Shown: positions 27,507-34,000 of the stretch, in pieces
How positions within the stretch are numbered: position 1 is the first letter of the stretch
Layout of the letters: each line of letters starts with the position of its first letter
Virus record (IMG/VR): IMGVR_UViG_3300008116_000004
Source of the DNA: a virus
Length of the DNA: 64,000 nt
Direction: 5' to 3' (one strand)
Program-made: the position numbers and the translations under genes
Notes under the pieces: model-generated
Databases searched by the model: none
What the model saw: only the letters and a program-made list of their open reading frames with translations
Told to the model about the DNA's origin: nothing

Positions 27507-28424
27507 TTAAGACCAGGTAGCTTTAAATCCACCAGATGCACCTGCTGCACCATTACCTAAATTACCTGCGGAACCTGCACCGCCTGACCCAACAGTATAT
27601 CTAATAACTAATCCCGGGGTAATTTGCGCTCTGGTAAAAGTTAAAGACGCATAAGCACCACTACCACCTGATCCACCAGCTGCTCTGTTAGGGTTTGCAT
27701 TTTTACCTGATTGAAAGTCACTATAACCACCTGATCCGCCACCACCTCCTGGTGCTCTACCAGGAGAACCGTTTTTACCATTTATATTATGCGCACCCCT
27801 TGTACCACCTGTACCACCGTTAGGAGCATTCCCACCATTAGCACCAGTACCACCACCTGCATCACCATTACCACCTGAATTGCCGTTTGTTTTTACTATT
27901 GTACTAGTAGTGAAAGTACCTGTATTAGAAGCAGTGCCGCCGCCACCACCAGAACCATTCTGGTTACCATATCTATAACCACTAGTTCCACCTCCACCAC
28001 CTGTTGCAGTAAGTGTAGAAGAATTTATTACTATAGAAGATGTACCACCACTCCCACCAGATGCTTTAACTGAATCATGATCTGCAGCACCTGCTCCACC
28101 CCCTGCACCCCATATTTCAAATTTTATATTGTTTCTAAAAACCGGTATAGTAAAAGATTTGTTAGATCCAGCTGTGTTATCTGTAGAAGAACCTGGTGGA
28201 GCAGGATCAGAAGAAGTTTTATCGTAGAAGTCAGAAAAACTTATAGGAGCTGTTGTTGTAAACCTACCTTGATTAAAAGGATAGAGTGATCCGTAAAAGG
28301 TTACACCTTTGTAATCGTTAACATCTCTTGTTTTACCTAAAGGATCATTACCTGAACCAAAAACATTAAATATTTCCGATACTGATATAGATTGACCTGA
28401 GGTAGGTGTATTAGCTGATGGCAT
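27507..28424 (-). CDS. Glycine-rich virion/tail-fibre-like protein
   Basis: WGAGGGAG, poly-Gly tracts, VGSGGAG; N-terminus PTSGQSISVSEI. Confidence 0.65.
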   Translation of the reverse strand: MPSANTPTSGQSISVSEIFNVFGSGNDPLGKTRDVNDYKGVTFYGSLYPFNQGRFTTTAPISFSDFYDKTSSDPAPPGSSTDNTAGSNKSFTIPVFRNNIKFEIWGAGGGAGAADHDSVKASGGSGGTSSIVINSSTLTATGGGGGTSGYRYGNQNGSGGGGGTASNTGTFTTSTIVKTNGNSGGNGDAGGGTGANGGNAPNGGTGGTRGAHNINGKNGSPGRAPGGGGGSGGYSDFQSGKNANPNRAAGGSGGSGAYASLTFTRAQITPGLVIRYTVGSGGAGSAGNLGNGAAGASGGFKATWS

Positions 28425-28432
28425 TTTTATTC

Positions 28433-28930
28433 TTACCTTTTAATATATAAAAGTTCTGACCCTTCGGGTACTGTAATGTTTGCCACTTTACCATTAGGTA
28501 TTCTTGCATAATTAAATTGCTTTAGTTGCTTATCATTAATTATTGCAGTACCTTTTACACATATTATATTTTGTTCTTCCTCTGTACCTTGTATGGATGT
28601 ACTTTGTTTAATAAGTACCATATCAAAAAATTTATCTGCAGGTATAGGGTTAATGCATATCCAAGTTGCACCTCTGTCACCTGCAACAAACTTATATGGT
28701 TTTTTATAAAAGTATCTAATATCCCAGGCATTAGATACATCTGATTTGTTATGATATGAACCGTCACCGTTATATACTGTACCACTACCTTCTAGTAAAT
28801 AGAATATTTGGCTAAATCTTGCATCTGAAGAGACATCTTCTTGAGTATACTCATAAAAGTCATTAGAGGTAATATGACCTCTACACATTGCAAAACCTTT
28901 ACAAACTGAAAGTGTGCTTATAAGTTTCAT
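28433..28930 (-). CDS. Hypothetical protein (cupin-like)
   Basis: ORF track; FYLLEGSG. Confidence 0.55.
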   Translation of the reverse strand: MKLISTLSVCKGFAMCRGHITSNDFYEYTQEDVSSDARFSQIFYLLEGSGTVYNGDGSYHNKSDVSNAWDIRYFYKKPYKFVAGDRGATWICINPIPADKFFDMVLIKQSTSIQGTEEEQNIICVKGTAIINDKQLKQFNYARIPNGKVANITVPEGSELLYIKR

Positions 28931-29271
28931 ATTTCAACTTCCAGTGAATCACCTAATTTTAATTCATCTGCAGTATGTATAGAATGAACAGGTCTAACAT
29001 CCGACATATTTAAATTATATTCTTTATTAGAAATACTTTCAAAAAAATCATGTGATAATTTATCTGATTTAATTTTTTGATCAAGATAATCAGAACCAAT
29101 AAGTGCTAATAGTTTTACTAACTCTTCTTCTGTATCAGCATTAAAATTTACTGAATTAAACGAATATGGTGTAGTTTCATAATGTTTACCTTCATGTAAA
29201 CAGCTAAAAGAAACTATAAGAGAATTACTCTCTCTATCATAATTTTCAATTTTTACTTTAACTGATTCCAT
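28927..29271 (-). CDS. Hypothetical protein
   Basis: ORF with AGGTG RBS behind a late promoter. Confidence 0.6.
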   Translation of the reverse strand: MESVKVKIENYDRESNSLIVSFSCLHEGKHYETTPYSFNSVNFNADTEEELVKLLALIGSDYLDQKIKSDKLSHDFFESISNKEYNLNMSDVRPVHSIHTADELKLGDSLEVEI

Positions 29272-29299
29272 AACATATCACCTTTTTGTTAATATGTTA

Positions 29300-29307
29300 T
29301 ATTTATA
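29300..29307 (-). promoter_or_regulatory. T4-type late promoter
   Basis: TATAAATA on minus strand upstream of 29271. Confidence 0.7.
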
Positions 29308-29401
29308 AATGCAGGCTAACCGTGGCACTACGCGAGTCTATTAAGCGACCAACCTTAATAAATATTACTGGCTCAATGTTGAGCTGTATGGAGGATCCAA
29401 G

Positions 29402-29635
29402 ATGGATATTCTAAAAACTATTAAAACATGGGCAGGTGCTCTTGCTGATGTGGCAGTATCAGTTCTCGCACTTATGATTGTTGTAGGTGTATTATTTAAG
29501 GGTATTGCAATTCCATTTCTACCTAACGTAGATGTTATTGCTAATGTAACATCAATTGTTAAGTCACTAGGCTCAGAAGGACTTGTTGGTTTAGTCGCTA
29601 TCTGGGTATTGCATAGTATATGGAAAAATAGATAA
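29402..29635 (+). CDS. Small two-TM membrane protein
   Basis: GGAGG RBS; hydrophobic; followed by a terminator. Confidence 0.7.
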   Translation: MDILKTIKTWAGALADVAVSVLALMIVVGVLFKGIAIPFLPNVDVIANVTSIVKSLGSEGLVGLVAIWVLHSIWKNR

Positions 29636-29661
29636 TAGTTTAATTGAAAGTTTTTATTATT

Positions 29662-29692
29662 AAAGCTCTCATCGTAAGGTGAGAGCTTTTTT
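29662..29692 (+). terminator. Rho-independent terminator
   Basis: AAAGCTCTCATC-GTAA-GGTGAGAGCTTT followed by a T-run. Confidence 0.8.
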
Positions 29693-29695
29693 ATT

Positions 29696-29771
29696 TGGTG
29701 CGGTGTACGGGAATCGAACCCATCTCTGGACCTTGAAAGGGTCTTATCCTAAACCGATAGACGAACACCGC
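29696..29771 (-). tRNA. tRNA-Glu(UUC)
   Basis: TTC anticodon, CCA. Confidence 0.9.
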
Positions 29772-29772
29772 A

Positions 29773-29846
29773 TGGCTGGGGGACAGGGACTCGAACCCCG
29801 ATAACAGGAATCAAAATCCTAGGTCCTACCATTAGACGATCCCCCA
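29773..29846 (-). tRNA. tRNA-Gln(UUG)
   Basis: TTG anticodon, U1:A72, G73-CCA. Confidence 0.9.
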
Positions 29847-29852
29847 AAAAAA

Positions 29853-29926
29853 TGGTCCTCCGACAAGGTATCGATCCTTGGTCTCTCGATTATCAGTCGA
29901 GTGCTCTACCTTTGAGCTATCAGAGG
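29853..29926 (-). tRNA. tRNA-Ile(GAU)
   Basis: CTCGA-CTGATAA-TCGAG arm; T-loop ATCGATA. Confidence 0.9.
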
Positions 29927-29927
29927 A

Positions 29928-30002
29928 TGGTGCAAATAGTTGGAGTCGAACCAACCTTAAAAGCCTTATGAGGACTCCTCGACACCTTGCCGACCTACTT
30001 GC
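29928..30002 (-). tRNA. tRNA-Met(CAU), probably elongator
   Basis: CTCATAA loop, paired G1:C72, CCA. Confidence 0.8.
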
Positions 30003-30003
30003 A

Positions 30004-30078
30004 TGGTACCGTCTCCCAGAATTGAACTGGATCTTTCAGAGCCACAATCTGACGTGACTACCACTACACTAAGACGGC
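30004..30078 (-). tRNA. tRNA-His(GUG) lacking G-1, with A73
   Basis: GTG anticodon; acceptor GCCGTCT/AGACGGT-A-CCA; -1 base is T. Confidence 0.9.
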
Positions 30079-30079
30079 A

Positions 30080-30156
30080 TGGAGCTCCCAAGAGGACTCA
30101 AACCCCTAACCTCCACGTCCGTAGCGTGGCGCTCTATCCAGTTGAGCTATGGAAGC
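30080..30156 (-). tRNA. tRNA-Arg(ACG)
   Basis: CCACG-CTACGGA-CGTGG arm. Confidence 0.9.
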
Positions 30157-30159
30157 TTA

Positions 30160-30501
30160 TTAATTGCAGATTGTATTGTAAATCATTTGATCAGCAGCAG
30201 TCTTAATAGAATGAAATCTATCTAACACGTTATAGTTAACTCTTGGAGGATCATCTCTATAACTTTCTATAGCTACTAATGTTTTATACTGCTTGGTAAT
30301 ACAGTCCCACTCTACTTTGGCAAGTAACCATGTACGATCATATCGTAGGAGTTTTTGCCAGACTGTAACTCTATCTGCTAGTTTAATTGTAGGTTGTAAT
30401 ATTTTTATTTGATAATGTTTAGTAGTTTCAATCACTAACCATTCTTCTGCATAAGCAGGTAAATAAAATAACGAAAATAATATAACTAATATTTTTTTCA
30501 T
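30160..30501 (-). CDS. Secreted hypothetical protein
   Basis: MKKILVILFSLFYLPAYA signal; two Cys. Confidence 0.6.
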   Translation of the reverse strand: MKKILVILFSLFYLPAYAEEWLVIETTKHYQIKILQPTIKLADRVTVWQKLLRYDRTWLLAKVEWDCITKQYKTLVAIESYRDDPPRVNYNVLDRFHSIKTAADQMIYNTICN

Positions 30502-30518
30502 TAAATATTTATGTAAAT

Positions 30519-30595
30519 TGGTCTGCCTAGTAGGATTCGAACCTACGACCCCTTGACTCCAAATCAAGTGCGCTACCAGACTGCGCTACAGGCAG
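30519..30595 (-). tRNA. tRNA-Pro(UGG)
   Basis: C1:G72, A73; loop TTTGGAG (A37). Confidence 0.9.
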
Positions 30596-30598
30596 ATA

Positions 30599-30949
30599 TT
30601 AAATTAAATTCTGTGCTAATACCATACAGCTTATCCATACCCATATAGTATTAAACCCTACAAGAGTAGGTAGTAGTTTTTTATTACTAGCCCATATTAA
30701 CGTTAAACTAGTTGCTAAAGTAAAGAAATATAACCACCATATTTGTATATTAAAAATTAAACCAGGAACAATAATGATTGCTTTTGCAAGCCAACTAGCA
30801 AACTCTACTTTGTTATAGTTAGTCCAATATTCTCTAGTAAACCACATCTTATAACAATTTTTAATATTATTAAAACCACTATGACTATATGTTATTGAAA
30901 TACTAATAAACCATAAAATGGTAGCAATAATTATTTGTTGTTGTGTCAT
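30599..30949 (-). CDS. Membrane protein
   Basis: Several hydrophobic segments. Confidence 0.65.
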   Translation of the reverse strand: MTQQQIIIATILWFISISITYSHSGFNNIKNCYKMWFTREYWTNYNKVEFASWLAKAIIIVPGLIFNIQIWWLYFFTLATSLTLIWASNKKLLPTLVGFNTIWVWISCMVLAQNLI

Positions 30950-30960
30950 AATAAATCCTT

Positions 30961-31036
30961 TGGTAGATCCATCCGGACTCGAACCGGAAACCTTTCGGTT
31001 AAAAGCCGCTTGCTCTACCTATTGAGCTATGGATCC
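30961..31036 (-). tRNA. tRNA-Lys(UUU)
   Basis: CTTTTAA loop, CCA. Confidence 0.9.
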
Positions 31037-31091
31037 AAAAGAAAAAGGGGAGCACTAAGCCCCCCTTTATGAACCCATAACGGTGACTTAG
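31037..31091 (-). terminator. Terminator with overlapping alternative (antiterminator) hairpin, upstream of tRNA-Lys
   Basis: Terminator GGGGGGC-TTAGT-GCTCCCC-TTTTTCTTTT; alternative hairpin CTAAGTCACC...GGGGGCTTAG starting 3 nt after the stop of 31095-31349. Confidence 0.7.
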
Positions 31092-31094
31092 ATA

Positions 31095-31349
31095 TTAAGC
31101 AAAAGCTTCTGCACCGAGAACTGCATAACCAGCAGCGACGACTCGACGTGAAGCCTTACCAAGACGGTACTTGTTGGTTACACGACCTTTAGTATCGGTG
31201 TGCTTGTTGAGGTAAATAGGGAAGCCTTCTGAACGAAGAGTATGGATAACTCCACGAGCATTAGCAATTCCAAAGCGAGCAGAAATCTGCTTGCCAGTAA
31301 GTTCTTCACCAGACATAAGAGCTTCGAGGACACGATTAGTAGTAGTCAT
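31095..31349 (-). CDS. Winged-HTH-like DNA-binding protein
   Basis: VLEALMSGEELTGKQISARFGIANARGVIHTLRSEGFPI; GGAG RBS. Confidence 0.65.
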   Translation of the reverse strand: MTTTNRVLEALMSGEELTGKQISARFGIANARGVIHTLRSEGFPIYLNKHTDTKGRVTNKYRLGKASRRVVAAGYAVLGAEAFA

Positions 31350-31402
31350 ATGTTTTCTCCATAATATAGAAATGAGCACTGTGCTCTGTTATTAACATTA
31401 AT

Positions 31403-31431
31403 AATATACGATAGTTACATAATTAATGCAA
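31403..31431 (-). promoter_or_regulatory. Sigma70-like early promoter
   Basis: TTGCAT-N17-TATATT. Confidence 0.7.
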
Positions 31432-31440
31432 CAATAAATT

Positions 31441-31633
31441 AGCGATAGTCTTTTTTGTGTCAGGAAGACTATCAAACCCCGTATAGACAGCCCATCCCAC
31501 GTTTCGTCTATAGCGGAAGCAGAGTATACCGAGCAGGAGGCCCGAGTGGGTCTGCTACTAAACCTCACGCTTTGGTCTAGTTTGTCTGAAATTAAACGAC
31601 TACCCAGGTATGACTACCGTAGTATTCAGATCA
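31441..31633 (-). ncRNA. Candidate structured ncRNA(s) downstream of tRNA-Tyr
   Basis: GC-rich, no credible ORF; stems GATAGTCTT/AAGACTATC, TATAGAC/GTCTATA, AGCAG/CTGCT, TCTGAA/TTCAGA. Confidence 0.55.
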
Positions 31634-31636
31634 AAA

Positions 31637-31721
31637 TGGTGGGAGAGGAAGGACTCGAACCTACGAAGTCATAGACAAGAGATTTACAGTCTCCCCCCTT
31701 TGCCGCTCGGGACACTCTCCC
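31637..31721 (-). tRNA. tRNA-Tyr(GUA)
   Basis: CTGTAAA loop, long variable arm, CCA. Confidence 0.95.
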
Positions 31722-31732
31722 AAAAATTTAAA

Positions 31733-31888
31733 GCTGGGTTACTCATTCCCAGCAGTCGATCTTCAAACGTGTCGACAGGTTCAGGACTTAAGACGTCTGT
31801 GCAGATGGAACCTCAGCCGTCCACTAGCTATATCCTCACTCAATTGCACAGCCATTAGTGAGGGATTAATAGGGATTCCAACCCCTAC
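31733..31888 (-). ncRNA. Candidate multi-hairpin ncRNA between tRNA-Ser and tRNA-Tyr
   Basis: Five consecutive stems: GCTGGG/CCCAGC, GTCGA/TCGAC, AGGTTC/GAACCT, CCTCACT/AGTGAGG, TAGGG/CCCTA. Confidence 0.55.
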
Positions 31889-31893
31889 AATAT

Positions 31894-31983
31894 TGGCGGA
31901 AAGGGTGAGATTCGAACTCACGGTACCTTTGCAGGCACTTCGGTTTTCAAGACCGACGGATTAAACCACTCTCCCACCTTTCC
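31894..31983 (-). tRNA. tRNA-Ser(UGA)
   Basis: CTTGAAA loop, long variable arm, G73-CCA. Confidence 0.95.
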
Positions 31984-31988
31984 AATAT

Positions 31989-32063
31989 TGGCTCCGTGGG
32001 TAGGATTCGAACCTACAACCGCTCGATTAACAGTCGAGAGCTCTACCATTGAGCTACCACGAA
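31989..32063 (-). tRNA. tRNA-Asn(GUU)
   Basis: CTCGA-CTGTTAA-TCGAG arm, G73-CCA. Confidence 0.95.
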
Positions 32064-32070
32064 AAACTTC

Positions 32071-32209
32071 TTGTCTCTACAAGGATACATCAGCTATCTA
32101 ACTTCCAATACCACTCGTTATTACAGCTGATTACCGATTCTGGGAAGCCTACCTCTACGTATAGTAATGCGCGCACGCTTCGGGCTCTGATGTACCCATG
32201 AAGAGACAA
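32071..32209 (-). ncRNA. Candidate 139-nt RNA closed by a ~23-bp terminal stem
   Basis: TTGTCTCT-T-CA-T-GGGTACATCAG pairs with CTGATGTATCC-T-TG-T-AGAGACAA; the G-U pair favours the minus strand. Confidence 0.6.
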
Positions 32210-32225
32210 CTTACGTTGTCCTTCT

Positions 32226-32302
32226 GCCCTGCTGGAAACCACTTGTACGCTCATTCGAGTCCACGTACCAGTCAGGGGTTGTTCTTATACACTCGGAACA
32301 AC
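32226..32302 (-). ncRNA. Candidate structured RNA at the 5' end of the tRNA transcript
   Basis: GTTGTTC/GAACAAC hairpin, then nested CCCTG/CAGGG, CTGG/CCAG, GTACG/CGTAC stems. Confidence 0.45.
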
Positions 32303-32312
32303 ATCGATTATT

Positions 32313-32341
32313 AATATAGTAAATTTGCAAATTATAATCAA
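32313..32341 (-). promoter_or_regulatory. Sigma70-like early promoter for the ncRNA/tRNA array
   Basis: TTGATT-N17-TATATT. Confidence 0.65.
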
Positions 32342-32357
32342 CTAAAAAAGGACCATT

Positions 32358-32428
32358 AAAAAAGCGGCTCTAGTTTCCTAGGCCGCTCAACGTTTGTAAG
32401 ACTATAACTATCTAACTTACGTTGAGCG
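32358..32428 (-). terminator. Attenuator: intrinsic terminator (32358-32387) mutually exclusive with a 10-bp antiterminator (32419-32428 pairing 32384-32393)
   Basis: AGCGGC-CTAG-GAAA-CTAG-A-GCCGCT-TTTTT; CGCTCAACGT/ACGTTGAGCG shares AGCG with the terminator 5' strand. Confidence 0.8.
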
Positions 32429-32521
32429 CTCCATATCTTCTGACCATACGCCAGCATTCGGAGCAATCTGTCCGTTAAATGTTTGGCGATAGGTGTGTTT
32501 CAGACACGATAGAGTTAGCAT
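32417..32521 (-). CDS. 34-aa leader peptide containing all 20 amino acids
   Basis: MLTLSCLKHTYRQTFNGQIAPNAGVWSEDMERST*; GGAA upstream; last codons overlap the antiterminator. Confidence 0.7.
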   Translation of the reverse strand: MLTLSCLKHTYRQTFNGQIAPNAGVWSEDMERST

Positions 32522-32568
32522 TTAATGTTCCGTTTTGTAGTGACAAAATGGTATATTACCATTAAATC

Positions 32569-32576
32569 TATTTATA
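32569..32576 (-). promoter_or_regulatory. T4-type late promoter upstream of the leader ORF
   Basis: Perfect TATAAATA about 48 nt upstream of the leader ATG. Confidence 0.75.
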
Positions 32577-32655
32577 CGATTTTGACACTACACTCAGCAA
32601 AAAAAAATAATTTAATTGTAATGGGAGGGGAATGACCCCTCCCAATAATTACTTA

Positions 32656-33063
32656 TTATTCAGCACCAGCGATGAACTTACGAACAGGGGCTGTAAGAGA
32701 ATTTACATACTCTTGTGAATCATCAAGCATTTGATCAATGACCGGTTGAAGTTCGGCACGCTTAGCCAAACGAGCTTCCTCACGCTGAGATGAAGATACA
32801 CGCTTCATAGTGTCAAGGTTCTTAGCCTTAATGCCAACATCCTTAAGCAGCTTTGAAACAGATACTTCCTTTGTCTTAACCTTAGCAGCCTTTACTGCCT
32901 TAGGAACATCTCCCTTTGCCAATTTCTTATTAGCATTATACAAATAGACCTGAGCGTTAGACTTAGTAACGTTCAAAGTTTTCATGATCTTTGCGACCAT
33001 ATCTTCTTTGTTATAATCAGGTTCAACTTTGATGAAGTTGATAACAGTATTGATATTAGACAT
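32656..33063 (-). CDS. Basic hypothetical early protein
   Basis: GGAG RBS; Lys/Ala-rich; GC hairpin downstream (32622-32644). Confidence 0.7.
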   Translation of the reverse strand: MSNINTVINFIKVEPDYNKEDMVAKIMKTLNVTKSNAQVYLYNANKKLAKGDVPKAVKAAKVKTKEVSVSKLLKDVGIKAKNLDTMKRVSSSQREEARLAKRAELQPVIDQMLDDSQEYVNSLTAPVRKFIAGAE

Positions 33064-33130
33064 TCACATTCTCCATTTTGATGTCACATATATGATTATA
33101 GTTCATTTCGAAAATAAGGCAACTGATATT

Positions 33131-33397
33131 TCAGCAGTTACCCAGAATTTCTCTAGCAGCCGGGTAATCGATAAGTTCGGCCAGATCATCCAAGATACCG
33201 TCCCAAGAGAAGTAGCCGTTTCCAGCATGATTCTTCTGGACGATCTTAAGAGTATCCATAGCTGAAAGTTTCAAAGTCGTATCATTCTTAAGAATGTTAC
33301 CAGCAAATTCCAGTACAAAATCTTCGTCTGAATAATTCATGCGAGTTCCCTTCTTCATAAACGTATCGCTCATTTCGTTACTCTCTGTTCTCATCAT
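33131..33397 (-). CDS. Hypothetical protein (possibly leaderless)
   Basis: ATG lies 7 nt after the -10 box of the promoter at 33404-33432. Confidence 0.55.
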   Translation of the reverse strand: MMRTESNEMSDTFMKKGTRMNYSDEDFVLEFAGNILKNDTTLKLSAMDTLKIVQKNHAGNGYFSWDGILDDLAELIDYPAAREILGNC

Positions 33398-33403
33398 ATT
33401 ATT

Positions 33404-33432
33404 AATATAGCGGTATTTGGAAATTAATGCAA
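33404..33432 (-). promoter_or_regulatory. Sigma70-like early promoter
   Basis: TTGCAT-N17-TATATT. Confidence 0.7.
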
Positions 33433-33611
33433 CTTATTTTTTAATGTATTCTAAGAGAATTTTGAAGAAATTAGTTTTATATTTGTAAACCATTGATTCA
33501 CAAGTAGAATCCATGTAAAAAAGATGGAATTTTGGTGTAAATTTATAGAGAATATTATGGATAAAATTTGGCATATGCATTTTAAGGTTCTCCATCATTC
33601 TTTCTATTATA

Positions 33612-33640
33612 ATAATAGTATTTTTAGGAAAATAATGCAA
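33612..33640 (-). promoter_or_regulatory. Sigma70-like early promoter
   Basis: TTGCAT-N17-TATTAT. Confidence 0.65.
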
Positions 33641-33654
33641 CTGTTATTTTCACA

Positions 33655-33718
33655 AAAAAACCCAATAAAATCAAGGAGTTACAAAAAAAGTTAACTCATT
33701 GAAATCATTGGGTTTTTT
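33655..33718. repeat. Imperfect inverted repeat made of two IHF-consensus-like sites
   Basis: AAAAAACCCAAT..AATCAAGGAGTTA ... TAACTCATTGAAATCATTGGGTTTTTT. Confidence 0.6.
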
Positions 33719-33751
33719 AGGATTACGGATTCTTATGGATTATTACGTATT

Positions 33752-34000
33752 TTAATGCAGTTTTTTACGATATTTTGTGAAATCTACAACGTTTTCATTA
33801 GAAATTTCTAATATAGGATCACCAGTATATTCTTTAAGTCTAAACATTCTATTCTCTTGACCTTCAGGTAGTTCCTGTCCGAGAAGCTGCCATATCTCAG
33901 ATTCGTAAATTACTGATCGACCTGATTGCAATTGAGATGCAAAATAGGATAGAATAACATCTGCTACCCATTCTGCATACTCCTCATCTTCATCCATCAT
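33752..34000 (-). CDS. Hypothetical protein
   Basis: Coupled to the helicase stop; C-terminus NVVDFTKYRKKLH. Confidence 0.6.
   Translation of the reverse strand: MMDEDEEYAEWVADVILSYFASQLQSGRSVIYESEIWQLLGQELPEGQENRMFRLKEYTGDPILEISNENVVDFTKYRKKLH

Noticed and set aside
31441-32302. tmRNA, RNase P RNA, SRP RNA or hammerhead ribozyme
   Set aside because: No Ala-type TLD with tag ORF, no RNase P P4 motif, no correctly spaced SRP motif on the transcribed strand, and no CUGAUGA/GAAA core in proper context.
33434-33640. 68-aa ORF in the AT-rich promoter region
   Set aside because: It starts inside a -35 box, has low-complexity composition and overlaps regulatory motifs; probably spurious, though a shorter internal ORF cannot be excluded.
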